The notes under the pieces are model-generated. The model was not told the origin of the DNA, ran no database searches, and saw nothing but the letters and a program-made list of their open reading frames with translations. From assembly GCA_040954595.2 (NCBI GenBank), contig CM082595.2, positions 5,482,137-5,546,136 of the forward strand: a stretch of DNA of 64,000 nucleotides, in the 5' to 3' direction. Every line of letters begins with the position of its first letter. The stretch's first letter is position 1. Shown piece by piece: positions 28,201 to 42,756 of the stretch. Made by a program: the position numbers and the translations under genes. This DNA is from Balanoglossus misakiensis. Taxonomy: Eukaryota > Animalia > Hemichordata.

Positions 28201-31200
28201 TCAACAAACCAGAATGCTAAATCTCCAAAGAATGAAAAGAACTTGAAGGAACTGAAATTTTACATTTTCTTGCACAGTAGAACTTAATCCATACTCAACC
28301 TCAACACCCAATCCTCAGGGAATTAAAATATCCCTTTTTATCTAGCCGTAATTTAAAAATTCTGTTTCTGAGGCCTGTGTACTAACATGACAAACAGTGC
28401 TTTTAATTCTTTTATATTCAACTGCGGACATTGCATCTGTAGCGTTTTGACAGAAAACCAATCTTCTGAGATTTGAAGACACTAGTCTTGACAAGGCACA
28501 CTTTTTTAATTAAAAAGATTCACCCAGGTTATATAATATCTGGTTGGATGGCATGTGCCACTGGGATGTTATGAGGTTTTTGTCCGAACAAATTGGAACC
28601 CATTGTGTGGTCTAGGTATTCTCTCGGGACACAGATACTCTCATGAGATCAAATGTCCTGAGAAGAATACAACATCACTTCTGCTTGTTTCGAAATGTTT
28701 TAATTGAAAAAAAAAGGAACTCTAATATCGCAGAGGGCAGGTAGTGCGCCTCTGTGCGTAATCAATCCAACAGTAGGAAGCAGTCACTGCACGTTTGTGA
28801 CTGACTGCGTAATTCCTGATAATAACATGTGGACACTGCACAAGCGCTTTCTCTGTGCCCAAGAACACCTTTGAAACTATGTGTCTTAAACCGAAGACAG
28901 GAGAGAGAATGCAGTTGTCATAGTGGGCTAAACCCGGCCTTTTGAAGTGTAAGCTGCAGATAAAATACTGCCTGCTGTTATGTATTTGGCCCCCGATTCG
29001 AAATCAGAACACACGATAACCCTGAAATGCAGTTTTGGACTTGGATACAATTGTCCATCATCAATAGAGAGAAGGAAGAAGACACACCTGATCAGAGTGT
29101 GCGGAAGGACAGAGATCGACAAACGTATCTTCATGTTGAATGATTAGTAGAAGTATGTAAGGATGAAACCTCTTAGGGATTCTTACCTTATCCTGCTCCG
29201 CCTTGCTGAAGGCGTCTCTCTTGGTGCGGTCCAGTTCCATAGACAGGTTGGCGATGTCGTGTTGGGCATTGTTCAGTTTTTCTTGTAGTTGGTTCTTCTC
29301 TTGCTGTGCAATGGAGAGTGCCTGTGTATACGAGGGGAAAAATAGGGTAGAACGTCAGGACACAGAAATCCTCTAGGAGTGGAAAAATCATAAAAATGAA
29401 ATACTGAAGCTACCACTGGCCATACTCTCTGTGACACGGCGCAACAGGGACATCTTGGCAGCGTACTGATCAAAGTCTAGTGCACAGGTTGGCGTTTATC
29501 AAAAGAATAGAAAAATGTCAATTTTTCTGAGCAGCTTGTAGAAAGTCCTTGCAGATACTTCAGAGGTCACTCCAGCTCTCCTGTTCAATATCACCCTGGC
29601 CCAAAGAAGCTACTTAACGATGAACAAAACCCCCTGGATAGCTGTTACTATATGGGTTAATAAAAAATCAAGCTAAAAATGAAAGGCCTATTCATTCTGG
29701 TCGTACACAGCCTTTGATATTGCTTTCGCCGTTTTTTTTTTATTTGTGGATAAACAAAAATGCAAGGTTCTGGGGTAGTATGTCTTTATTTTTCAAACAA
29801 TCTTTCCCATTGTTATGCATTGTCCTGTGCCAGTCACACAATAATCACCGGACAGCCTTCCTGTTTTACAGAACACCCACTTAAGTCTTGTAACAATGGG
29901 TAGGTCTTGGCGCCGTGCCAACTATCGGCTCATTTCAAGGCCATGTCAGCGTCTCTGCCACTTAATTTCAATCACTAAAGGGAAAAAATCTGCAATATCT
30001 CGATCTGATCTGTTTGTTTGAGATCGTCCCTGGCAACCAAGCCCAGTGGACTCTCCACACGAAGCAAAAAACGGTTGTTTCTTGTGTTTTGTCACGTGAC
30101 GTGTTTGTCTACCTCAACTCCGTAAAAATAATGACAAAATTCCTGTTGTGAAAATTCCGAGTGAGCATTCTTTGAGTCTAAGTCCTAGTTTTTAAAAAAA
30201 ACTGACAAACATTCCTAGCAACTGCCTGAACTTGAAGACTACTTGTTAGCCAGAATGTTCCCCTGAAAACCCTGAAGCCGAATTTCCCCTTAGTAGCTTG
30301 CATGACTAGTGAAATACAAGAAAATCTTTCAAAAATGTTAAATTCATTCTCTGCAAAATCAACATATGAAGTTTTCTGGACTTTACAACACCGACAATAA
30401 ATATGTTCCAAAGCTCACAGGTCAGAAAAATGTGGTATGTTTGCACATGTTGAAATCTTGGCTCTGTTTCAATTTTCGGTGACTGCAAAATAATCTGTGA
30501 TCCTGTTTGTACACTGGCTGAAAAGTGGCACACGAGATTCTCAAACTCTGTGACTACCTGTAGATCAAATTTTCCATACTTTCATTTCATCACCCCATAA
30601 TATCATATCCAGCAATCAAGGGTCCCTCCAATACCCCTTAATGCTGTTCTCGCGCAGCACTATTTGACCGTGCTGATATAACTGTCTTTGTAGACAATTG
30701 GGGAGTCGCCATCTGCTTGCGTAACTCTTCATTTACAAAAGCAAACAGTGTTCTTGTTTGAAAACTTTGTTCCTATTATTCACCTTACACAGGGAGGAAA
30801 TGATACCTAAAACAGACACAGACACAATAATCACCCAATGCATTCTCACCACCATCTAAAGCAGCCATCCCTATAAACAAATGGCTACAACCCGACCACA
30901 AATCAGTGGACCACACCACTTCAGAATACAGGGGTGCTCTGTTACCTGTTGTTTCTCATTCTCAGCCATCAGTAGGCTTTCATCTCTCTCGTGTTGGATG
31001 TCGGCGATCTCCTGGTTCAGTTCGCCTCTCTCCTTCTCGAAGGCGGCCACCAGATCCTCCTTCTCGGCGGTCAGGGTAGCCACGGCCTCTTCCCGGTCAC
31101 TCTCCAAAGCCATTTGTGTTGCTTCCTACAAAATATCAATTTCAACAAATGAGCGTTGTTTATACACTTGCATAATCCATGTGCATCTTGTACATTTATT

Positions 31201-34200
31201 GGCATGTTAACTTAGAATCTTCAAACAAGCTTCAAATCTCCAACTGTAAAACATCATTCCTTCATTTGTGTAACATTCTCTTACTATTTGTACTTGATAG
31301 TCATCAGACTATCAAGTTTTATTTGCTTCTATCACTGACAGATCAGAAGAATGAAATAATCATATTCTGAAAGTTTGTGCCATTTTTCCTTTGACCAATT
31401 CATCCCAACAATCACTGAACACAGTTGCTGATAAAATGAGAAATCAGTTTTCAGGATTTTTCACTTTGATGTGCGTGTGTTAGTGCATTGGTGAGAGAAC
31501 TCCCTGCTTCAGAATTTTGAGAATCTGACAGAAAAGTGATGTGCATCACAAGTCAGGTCTATCACCCCATTTGCCTGTATACGGTTCCAACCACACCACT
31601 GAAACCAATGGTGCTGAACCATACAGTGGTTGTGAATGGGTCAGTAAAACAAATGAATGATGCCAATACCTTCTCACGGGTAAGTCTTTCGACATCTTCC
31701 TCATGCGCTTGTTCTCTCTGCTTGATGGTGATGGAGCTGGAGCGCTCTTGCTCGGCCAGCTTGTTGTCCAGAAGTTCAATGTCTCTGTCCCTCTTGGTGA
31801 CTTCGATCTCCATTTCCTTGCGGACACGTGCCAGGTCAACTGCAGAGAGGCGGGAGAGGGTTCAAGAAGTTCACTAAGGGACAAGTTACACTTGGCTGAG
31901 CACTTGAGGGAATGGAAGTCATGTGCGCAACCAGTGGCAAATTAAACCGTTTACTACTAAACTCGGTGACTGGGAAGCCAGCTTTACTCCAAAGCAAACA
32001 TCAGCCCACCGGGTGCAACCCTACCGCTGGTTGCTAATTTCACTAAATACTCAACTACTTCACAAAACCAATAATGATTCTCCCCAATCTAATTTGTTTA
32101 CTACTAACACATCTTAGAGTAGGATTGTAATGTCAGCGTAAAAAAAAATCAGTTTAGAATATGCATAACCTTATTTTAACCACCATGACGCAAGTTTAAT
32201 CAGTGCAAATTCAAAGCGACATTTTTCACTAGCTGGAGTTCTACACACTGGCAACTGATTTTAAAGGGCATTGTCAACCATGAATGAACACACAGCCACT
32301 ATCTTAGTCTAATCTGTTTGACTTTTAAATTTTCTTGAACTGGTGCCAAACCCCACCTTTGCCGATGCTCTCGGCCCAATCGTACTTTATCACGGGGATG
32401 TGGGGTTTGATCTTGGAGATCCTGCAATGCAGGGGTTACAGAGTTGCCTTATATGGTCAGATATACTACAGAGGTTGTCTTGGTGAAGGACGCTAGTTCG
32501 AGTGTTGGTTTAACAGTTGGCTATTGTAATCGGGGGCCTGATTAAATATACATACAAAGAATTGGACATACGCTATCGGGGGCATTTAAATGGACGTAAC
32601 ATTGTCATACACAGTTATCAATCAGTATTACCACAGGGCTCGATTCTACTGGGCTGTACAACTGGCTGGTTGCCATGCCGATGGTGTCGCGGACCCTAAG
32701 AGCAAGTACACAGCTAATGACCCAGTTTCACTGAAAGGCAAAACACACTCACCATTCAGTGCTTCCTTGGCCAGCTGCAGCTCCTGAAGTTCGCTCTCCA
32801 GTTGGGCCTTGCGTGCCTCCAGCTTGCTGACAGTCTGCTGGGATTCGTACAGCGAGCCCTCCAGGCTCTCCTTGTCCGATTTCTGGGAGGCGATCACCTG
32901 TAGGTACCAACGGAGGAGACATTTCTGTAGGAGACCCAACTGGCCCATGGCTTAGAACGTGCGTGTGTGTCTTTTATATACACTGTCCCTGAGTTGCCGG
33001 TGTTTAATCAGTACTCCTGGCTGTAATTTGGGACAGGGCTACACCCTATGCTCTCGGCCAACACGTCATCTACTTTCAGGGGTCAAACATGTGGTCTAGT
33101 TGACTTTGCTGCTGATTGCACCACCTATCAACAGATCCCACTGACCACAAGTAGAACCACAGGACACACACACACATACAATTACAGAAGGGCAATCCAC
33201 ATTGTATAAATTATAAAGATTTGCAAGGTATTATCTTCTGGTGATTAAATGACTGCGTTGGTGGGTAACTAGGCAAGAGAACAATGCAAAACATTCCCGT
33301 AAATTCTAAACTTGACCCTATCCATTCATCAAAGGAGCAGAGACTGCAAGGACAGTTAAAGTGCCCCGCACACGCATTCCGCATACCTCAGATTGCGATC
33401 TGTTCTCTCGCTCCGCAGCAGTCAGCTGCACGATCAGGTTCGCCTTCTCTCGGGTGAGTTCCTCTTTCTCTTTAGCCACGCGCACCACGGTATCGCTCTG
33501 GCGTTCCACCTCTCTGCGGGTCTGCAGGAGCTCTTCGGCCAAGGCGGTCTTCTGGCGTGTAGTCTGTAATGTGCAGGAAGGGAATACAGATTACTTGCAA
33601 ATATTCTTAGGTGTGTAACTGATGATGGAAAAAAGTAATGTTCTTAGGTGTGTAACTGATGATGGAAAAACTAACAAATATGCTTGTATTGTGAATTTTT
33701 ATTACTTCAAACTGTACAGATCAATCCTGTGGACTTAGTGTGTTGACATAACAGTTTTGATGGCTTAGAGTTTATAAATGACCCGTCAAGGATAAACAAG
33801 GCCAGTCAGGATTTTTTGGGGAGTGGGAGCCAGATGTCCATGGGTGTGCACATCATACAATACACATGTAAAGACCATCACTGGATAAATTGTTGGCATA
33901 TATTTTACTGTGAAGGACAGCCTTATCATGGCATAATATCAAGTATGTACATGTAGTTGAAGGGATATACCAATCATCATCATCGTCGTCGTCGTCATCA
34001 TCATCATCATCATCACCATCGCCACCATCATTATCCACCACCATCAACCAACACCATCATCATACATTTGTAATTGTCCTCGAAACCAAATTTTTAGATC
34101 TAGTAAGAACTAGATGCTCCATGAGATGACAGAATTGTGGCAACAACTAACCTGAGACAGCTGTTCGAATATCTCAGCCTTCTCCTTGTTCAGCATTCCG

Positions 34201-37200
34201 ATCTCTTGTTCCAGCCTCTCCCGGTTATCCTCGGCATGGCTCAGACTCTGGTCCAGACCCATCTTCTCCGTTTCCACGTCCATCTTCTCTTGCTCAGTGC
34301 GCACCAGCTCTTCCCGGATACTGGACTTCTCCTGCTCCAGGTCCTGCTTCTCCGAGCCCAGGCAAGCCTTGTCGCTTTCCAGCTGTGAATGGGAGGTCAA
34401 AGGTCAGAGTCAGTGGGGGTTGAAAATCCGAGTTGGTCAGCTGGGAGCAGGCAGTGTTAGAATGTGTGTGTGTATCGTGTATGTATCTAGCTGTGCAGAT
34501 AAGAGCTACCTGTTAGTAGTACTGTACGTTGTTGCTTAAAGTAATGGGTGTGGTTTTTACAAAATGGTGACAGAAGACGTTAAAACATGAATATGATGGA
34601 AACTGCGGACGAACATAGTCTGTACTACCAGTGGGGACGGCAGATGACAGAACTCGCAAGTGTGTGTTCTCGTGAAGGCATACATCGCAATGCAGATTTG
34701 GCATAGATGTTTTGTATTCAGTTTCTTTTTGGGGCGAGTATGGTTGGGTGACTGCCAAAAAACCCACCCTTGCATTCACAAATTCCGGCCAATTACGTAA
34801 CTCGTGAAGACTTCCTTTGAAATGTGACTGGCAGAGGGAAAACAGCCTGGAGTGACCGACCAACAGAAACAATGGACTGAGAAATCAAACTTCTACAAAC
34901 ATGTCATTGTACCGTACCTGCATAATGATCTTGTTGAGTTCGATCTTGTCTTGGCCGAGTCCCTCGTTGAGCGCCTGCATCTTCAGCAGAGCGTCGCGCA
35001 GACTGGCTTCCTCGGTCTTCACCTTGTTGATCTCCAGCTCAAGCTCTGCCTTCATCAGCTCAGCCTTGGAGAGAGTCTCACCTGGGGTGGAGAAGAAGGG
35101 GTACATTAGATCGAGATATCAGTTTTCACTGTTGAGAGCATTTTCGCTATTTCTGTCTGCTGTGCATGTTATTGATACTGTCACATGTTATTGTTATTGC
35201 CCACTGAACATGTAGAGTTTTCCATATATACCTACAGTATGTGGAATCATAAATCGAGCTTCATTGAGAAAGCAGGCTATCTTTCTGTACATACTAATCC
35301 TTGTATGTATTCTGCATAGAATTGTTTGCACACATTAGGCAATACCAAGTTTCTAATCCAAGACTTTGGGAGGCAGTACATCACTGGGTTAAACATAATT
35401 CACATTTTGAGCTGTGGATTCAATCTGACCTGACCGGTTTTGTTTTCATGGATATGAATGTCTGATTTCCGGTATGAGACATCAACTGTGCATTATTGGG
35501 CTATATTAGCAGACATGGAAGCTAAGAACTGAATTGTGTGTTTCTGGGGACTGGATATCGCAGAGGAAACAACATCCACTTACAGACTTCTGCCTTTTCT
35601 TGTTCCAAGACATCCTTCTCCAGAAGCACTTTGTTCAAGGCTTCCTTGAGTGAGACGATGTCTTCCTTGAGCGAGGAGTTCTTGCCTTCGTACTGATCGA
35701 TCACACCAGCCTTTCTCTCGATCTCCTTCTTGTGTCTCTCCAGGTCCTTCTCCACGTCATCCTTCTCATCCTCCAGGTTGTCCCGTTGCCGTTGGAGATC
35801 GGCGTTGGCCGCTTGCAGTTTCTCGCATTCCAGGTTCAGAGCTTCGATCTGTTCGTTCAGTGTCTCTCGTAGACGTTCCAGACCTCCCTTCTCGCTGCAA
35901 TGCAAACATAAAAAAATTTGACCTCATCCATTCCCCATTTTCTTTTGTCAAATACACAATGAACATTAATTGACCTGTCTATAAGGCCACCTGTCTATAA
36001 AGGCCAGTTTAGACAAGTCCCTTGACTAGCCACGATAGACAGGTTTGATGAAAATCTCCACGGATTTTCCTACCTTCCAGTCACTTCCAGTGCATTTCGG
36101 AGTCTCTCCCTGTCTCTCTTGGTGTCGTCGTGATCTCTTCGACTCTGGTCCATGTCTTCGCGCAAGTTTCTCACTTGTTCCTCAGCATGGCGCCTGTCTC
36201 TGTCCGTGTCGTCAAGTTGTTTCCTCAGCGAGTCAGCCTGGTCCTTGTTGGATTGCAACTTAGCATGAAGTTCCTATCAAGGAGATCATTTTTTTTAATT
36301 AATTTAATGAGCAAAGAGTGAAATAATGTTTGTAATAATGATAATGTACAGTCACATAAGATTTTTCAAATCTTTGTTAACATCAAATCTTGTTGTCATC
36401 AATTTTTTGGATAAATAGTTTGTTGTTTTGTGACTGCATAAAAGTATTCATTGGATGTTAGGACGTGAAATATGGTCTACATTTGAAGACATATCTGTGT
36501 GTTAATTTTCACAATGCAGAAGTCAAATGATCCATATTTGTCATTTTTGTGGAGAATTATGACAAAATATAGTCGAATGATAAATCTGAAGCTCATTTCA
36601 TCATTTCATATCAAGCCACTTGACAAACTATAAGTACTGTAAGTTAGGTATGGTGTCAGTTCTGACAGTTTCACACCAGTGCTTAGAAATGCCCCTTTTT
36701 CCAAAAACAACTTAGCAAACGTACCCTGACTTGCAGCTGGCGTTTCTGCAGAGCTGCTTGGACAGCTGAGTAAGTGGAATCAGCAAAGGCGGGCGATCGC
36801 ACACGTCCAGGGGACACAGAGCGAGAGCGGCGTGATGGAGACAGAGTACGGGTAGGCGACAGGGTGCGTGGTCCTGGAGAGTGGGAACGCTCAACACTTC
36901 TGCCGAAAACAAAAAGCGATACAAAATTAGCTTTGATCTCAATGAACCTATGGAACTCTTTGTAGAAATCATATGACATATTCTCTTCATGGATTATATT
37001 TCTTAGACTTGGATTTGTGATGATGTCTTGTGAACTGCAAAATATATCCAAATATGTAGAATGGTCAGAAACATACACCTGTGATTTAGGCCAGCTTTGA
37101 CTAATGATTCAGACAAGGAAAAATGTAACACATTGAAATTTTTATAAACTCTAAAAAATTCTGCTAGTTGGACAAACTAACCAGATTGGTTACGTCTGAT

Positions 37201-40200
37201 ATTTTTATGTTATTTCAAGATAAATGTGCCATACGACCATTTCCAATATGGCTGCCAAGTCTGGCATTACCAATATAATTACCACGTACCTGAGTTGTGT
37301 CTCCTCTTCCAAAGTATCGTCTGCCCTCTCTTCCAGTGCCTGTGCCACGACACCTCCCACATCGGCATCATGGATGACCGCCTGGGCGATGTCACGCAGC
37401 GCTGCATGGAGAGCCTCGCACTCCTGGCGAAGGCTTCGCAGAGTATCACTCTCAGCTGCAAACTCGGCAGAGGTCTCGGCCTTGGAAGATTCCAGACCCT
37501 CCACGGTCCGGGTCATGCTCCTCACCAAATTCTCCTTCTCGGCAACCTGGATCTTGTATTTCTCGTTGCTGACAGTCAAATCGTTAATGCTGTACAAAGA
37601 GAAATAAATGCAAATTAATCAGGTTTTATCTATAAAGCAATCTTTACCTAACATGCATACCTATCAAATTTTTGTATGCAATGTTAACGCTATATTATAG
37701 CTGATGGCATGCTGAGTTCAAACAGGTCTTTTGACCGGTGGCCGACTATTATCTACATCACTGGTTATATGAACAGTGTACAGGATAGCTGAATGACACA
37801 TACACAGCTTGGAGCTCTGCCTTGCTGCTGTCATATTTGGCTTGCAGTTCCAAGACCTCGCGGACCTTCTCGCGGAGTTGGTTCTCCATGGCCTGCTTCT
37901 CAGCACGCTCCTTCTCCAACTGCACACTGGTGCTGGCCTCCTGGCTGCGCTGGTTGGCGTTGAGGTTCAAGCAGGCCGAGTGGACGTTGCGAGCCATTCT
38001 GGTCATGTCCGCACGCAAATGAGCCAAGTCCCTGGAAGGTTTAACAAACCATGATATTAGTGTCTATACCCAGTGTAGGCGGTACCTGGGTAAAATCTAC
38101 CGGAGTTGCCCAGTCATTAAACCGGGGTTCCCCTGGGTGTATCAATGTAGTTATATTAGGGGGTTGTAGAAATGTTACCGGGGTTCTAAAATCCATTACC
38201 AATGTTCCCCAACCTTAGCAAAAACACTGACTATACCTCCACAGCATAGACCAACACAGATCAATTTGATGTTACAACCCAACTGTATGATACAGTCAAA
38301 CCCCTGTTAGTGGTCACCTCTATATAGTGGCCACTTTGTTACAGTGCCTGTGCAATTCACATGTGTGTTAATTAACCTCTATATAAAGGTCACCTCTCTA
38401 TAAAGGCCAGTTTAGGAAACTCCCTTGACTGGCCACTGTAGACAGGTTTGACTGTATATCTTTAAACTCTGAAAACACCTGCAGTCTTTCGAACTTTGTA
38501 ATTTTTTAGAAAAAAATCAAGAGAGATACTAACCTGTCGGTTGCGCTCTTCATCTCAGCATAGTTGCGTCTGAATCCGACGACATCTCTCCACATGGTCA
38601 ACAGGCGACTGTGCTCATTAGCGAAGTAGTCATTGAATGACTGTAAACAGTAAACAAAAATACATAAAATCAAGTGCTTTCACTACTCAAATACTCTGAA
38701 ATCCTGACATGGGGAGGGAAAATTTGTTATTATCATGCAGCAATGGCAACTTTGTTACTTTAGCAGAAAACAAGATCAAGCAGTTTAGTTAGCAAGTGAA
38801 CAGGCTCTAAATGCTGATTGATACCACCACTAGTACAGTAAAACCTGTCTAAACCAAACACCGAAGGGACTGAAGAAATTGTTCAGTTTGCAGAGGTGTC
38901 TGGTTATTTGTGGTTCTATGTCAAAGGGACAGGAAAATGTTCGATACAGACATGTGTTCAGATTAGACAGGGTTCAGTTTAGACAGGTTTCACTGTAGTA
39001 GTAGATGTTTCTCATTTGACCGAGTGATGGAGTGAGCCTCACCTGTTCCTCATCGCGCCACTCTCTCTCCTTGGCCTCCAGGTCTTCTCGTGCTCTGTGC
39101 CAGTCCTGGGTCAACTTATTGATGTCAGCGGTCAGCTGCTGATTGGCTGAAGTTGCCTGGTCTAGCTGCTCTCTGAGCATAGAGTTGACATGGGCTAGAC
39201 TAGCGCTCCTGAGCCAATGCGATGAAAATAAGCAGACGGAGAAAGGGCGTTGGTTAGGAAGGTGGTCACGTGATGCAGTGGTGTTAACATGTGACTGTCA
39301 CATGACTCGGGGAGCGTGTGACAGTAACACTGTGTTAACATGTTAACATCATGTGAGCATCTCTCTTGCAGAATTCTGCCAACATTGCTCTGCTCTGAAT
39401 CAGGAACACTTACATTATAGTACACTAGATATACTGATGGGGGATAATATTAAATGGAAGGAAGAAATCTTACATATAGATGGGGAGAGTTTTTTTTACA
39501 AATAAGAAAAGAACATTTACAAATTTACCAATATAGTTAGTGATGGGATGGGGTTGATTTAATGAAATAAGTTATGAAATGAAAGGGATTAAATAGTCAA
39601 GAATTTACAGTAATGTTCTAAGTCATCAGTGAATTTGAGAAAGAGAGTGATGAGGATTTTACAGGGTTAAAACTGAAGAGAGACCATTCTTGGCAGAAAT
39701 CATTGTAAGAAACTGAGTGCCAAACGGTGGAGGGGTGGGGTGGGCCCGAAATGCTACCAACACAGGTATGACTGAGCACACACCGAGATGGGTTAGATGA
39801 ACTTGTGTACTGGTGAGAGAACAAAACATGCAGAGAGAGAAGAACACACAAACAAGGCACAGAGATCGCTGTGCACAAATGATAGTACATGAGGTTGCAA
39901 GGTTAGTTTTCTGAAATGGATCGTGCAGGGTTTAACAGGTGGTTCGTTCACAACAGGTGGTTGATATCAGAGGCTGAAGTGGTCGACATCAACAACTATA
40001 GTAAGCTCCCAGTGAAGAAATCACGACAGACCACACAAAATGGCCGCCTGAGCAAATAAGAACAGAACGAACAAGAAGAGACCTGACTCTAGACATGGCC
40101 GACACAAGTGTGGTCTACTTGCGAGCACACACAGCGTTACGAAAAATCTCCTGGCCTATTTATAGCTATGAAAAGGAAGTGCACATAGCTCCAAGGCAAG

Positions 40201-42183
40201 GTCTTACATCATCGTTTGCTGGGACAACTTTTGAAAGATAATGGTCAAATGCAATGACTTGAGGTTTGAGTTGACAAAATAAGTTTCTTGGCTACAGAGT
40301 TTTCATGGTGAATGGGAAATTGTTTCTTGGGTCCAAAATGTTCAACGATGACTAAGATGTCTTTCGAAACTTTGAGACTCAATAGCTGAATGTTTCTTCC
40401 GATGAAGTATGACTTCAAGTGTACACTTTTCATTTTTTGAAATCATGGCAGAGTAAAGTGTACACTTTTCATTTTTTGAAATCATGGTAGAGTAAATCTA
40501 GGAACATTGCGACGGGCACAGCAAGACTATTTCTTCACTCACCTCTGCTGCTCCTCCTCCAGCTTAATTAAGGCACTCTCCAAATCAGTACTGTGTTCCT
40601 CTTCCTGCATCATGAGGCGATGTTCCGTGGACTCCAGACGAGTTGCAAGGCTGTCAGTGGTGTTCCTCAGCTGTGAACAATTAACCAGCCAGACACAAAA
40701 AAATAACACATGAATTATTCAGAATCATTGAAAGTATGGGCTCTCAGAAACACTAATAAGCAACCAGGAAATGTAACTGATTTCATTTTTGTGTTTACTC
40801 ACAAACCTAACTTGTTTGATATCTAACATGAACGTTTGTAACATGCCGATGTTTTGACGTTTTCAAAGCCAGTTAACATATATGCTGGATTCAAACAGTA
40901 AACAGAAAAAAATATATCTTGGTGACAATAGCAAAATTAGTAAATGTAAACCTATGTTGTAAACATGAATTTTACATCAGCATTGCAGTTATGTAAGATA
41001 CACTAACAACATATAAATATACAAATGCAAGGAAACATTGATCACAAAATAGATATATGAACGAGAAAGAACATGCATGTCATGACAAACTTAGCGACAG
41101 TCAGTATTTATAGTAAACTCTAATATTACGTGCTCATTTACGAAAAATATGAACTTTGTGTACAACGTAATAATAGTACAGATGTGGTATATTACATCAC
41201 TGCTGTAATGTTAGAGGAAGGCGACAGAAAGCAGAGGAGATAGACTAAGCATGGGTATATTTGGTGTTCGCATGCGCGAGGGTGTGTAAACACACAGCGC
41301 CATTATTACGCAGAGTGCCATCGCGTCGCCGATTGAGATCTCTGGTCGGATGTACTTGTAGTCACCGCATTCGCATGTCGCAATTCACAACAACAGGTAT
41401 ATGTAAATTAGCTCGCGAGGTGAAGTTCGCATGCCAGATGGCAACACAGAAGTCTGTCGCCATGGAAACTAAACAAAAAACAGCCATGCAGGAGGTACGT
41501 TGCATCACATACGATGCAATTTTTAAAGGAGGTTAGTATATACGTCTGGACATGCTGGAAAAACGGGAAAAAGCATGGATACAGTCAGGGACGCCAGTTG
41601 TTACATTTACGACACGTTATCCGGTGCAGGAAGTCTAACAGAGACACGGACAGGGAGCTGGTAGATGGAATTTTAGCCGAGCAACTCGAACTTTTGACCA
41701 GACCCTTACCCTGTACTGCTGTCTCTCAGTCTCTGCCAACTTATCAGATAGCTGATTTTCAAGTTCGCCACATTTTCTCTTGTACTGCAAAACCTGAAAC
41801 ATCAACATCAAAACAGTGTTAGATCCATGGCAATAATATAAGCTATTGGTCTGTGCTGCACAATTTTCATCTTCCCAGAGTAGAGGACATTATAATTTGT
41901 AATCAAATTCACTTCTTGGAAATGGATTGGCTCAAGAGTCAAATCATTACTGATTGTTTGCGTCTATTTTTCTTTTATGAAGAGCTGTACATCTTACCTT
42001 GGCTTGCAGTTTCTGAACCAACTGAGCCTGTCGCTGCTGGCCATCTTGGTAGGCCTGCAGCTTGCGCTTGTAGCCAGAATGTTCATCTTCCAGTTTTCGT
42101 CTCAGCTCAATATTCTGGGACATCATGTCCCTGCCTTGAATACTATCACCTTTGTCCACCTCGGGCTTCAGAGATGTTTCCAA
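16959..42183 (-). CDS. CROCC: Rootletin (ciliary rootlet coiled-coil protein), 33 core exons, ~2060 aa; the start codon lies further upstream
   Basis: Exons in transcript order: 42183-41998, 41793-41710, 40670-40543, 39208-39043, 38640-38534, 38031-37804, 37589-37290, 36899-36725, 36273-36074, 35894-35584, 35081-34918, 34382-34152, 33563-33387, 32897-32753, 31839-31670, 31125-30946, 29321-29187, 26377-26316, 26225-26050, 25595-25410, 25029-24911, 24687-24562, 24196-23917, 23546-23391, 22864-22662, 22058-21594, 21193-21053, 20626-20357, 19856-19656, 19306-19137, 18637-18387, 17828-17616, 17035-16959. Total 6183 nt, GT-AG, all phases consistent. Rootletin signatures: YKRKLQAYQDGQQRQAQLVQKLQAK, LEEEQQRSASLAHVNSMLREQLDQA, SFNDYFANEHSRLLTMWR, ERTLEARERAHRQRVKGLEEQ. 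Confidence 0.95.
20746..20906. mobile_element. Second, more diverged copy of the Kolobok-like MITE, in a rootletin intron
   Basis: TTAA-aggtatgcggtcacc ... gtgaccatgtactt-TTAA. The internal cacagattttcagtgggtggcacacgcgaaaataaag is identical to the 5810 copy. Confidence 0.8.
22181..22340. repeat. (GTAT)n plus (GT)n microsatellite
   Basis: Directly visible. Confidence 0.97.
23712..23878. mobile_element. Tc1/mariner(pogo)-type MITE
   Basis: TA-cagtggaacct ... aggtttcactg-TA: CAGT/ACTG termini with a TA target site. Confidence 0.7.
25253..25337. mobile_element. Short piggyBac-like MITE
   Basis: TTAA-ccctatcacc ... ggtgaaaggg-TAAA: CCC/GGG termini, with an imperfect right TTAA. Confidence 0.5.
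33973..34062. repeat. Degenerate (CAT/CGT/CAC)n trinucleotide repeat, intronic
   Basis: Directly visible. It produces a spurious poly-Asp ORF. Confidence 0.85.
38293..38454. mobile_element. Tc1/mariner(pogo)-type MITE
   Basis: TA-cagtcaaacc ... ggtttgactg-TA. A related partial copy lies at about 35970-36050. Confidence 0.7.
38836..38995. mobile_element. Tc1/mariner(pogo)-type MITE
   Basis: TA-cagtaaaacctgtctaaac ... gtttagacaggttttcactg-TA. Confidence 0.75.
40417..40496. repeat. 39-bp tandem duplication
   Basis: aagtgtacacttttcattttttgaaatcatgg(c/t)agagta occurs twice. Confidence 0.85.
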
Positions 42184-42756
42184 CTGAAAGTAATGAAAAA
42201 CGTGACATATTAGACATCCAAGCCAGATAATATAGATTTAAATGGCCAATTTGGCTATTTATAAAAAACAGTATTTGATTTTTTTTTTGTCTCTATGAGA
42301 AGACAGTGGTACAACAGAAATGTCCCCATGATCTTGAGAACTAATACACATGACTAAAATGCATGATACACGTACTGTATTGCCAACCAACTGTTCATTA
42401 TCAACACTATTTTTATGTTGTGCTCATGTGGGCAGGATGATAGTACACCTGATGAGTAAGGGTATGTTGCCACTTTATCAGATGTCCAGGCATTTTTTAG
42501 TTCAATGGCAAAAGTTTAATGTCCCTGTTAAGAAAAATTGTTTGAAACAGCATACAACCACTTCCATACAGACACAAACTCTTGGTATACGGCAAGAGTA
42601 TACTTGGCTAAAAGTGTTTCCATTCAGCATGCTGACAATTTAGTGACTCAGCTGCTGTAAATTGCATTGGCAGGTCTAAGAATTTCACCCAAACACAAAG
42701 GCTGGAATCTCGATGACAAAGACCACGAACACAAAATCTGTCTGAAATGCATTTAC

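Noticed and set aside
33853-34047. Poly-Asp ORF
   Set aside because: It is an intronic trinucleotide repeat with no compatible splice sites identified.
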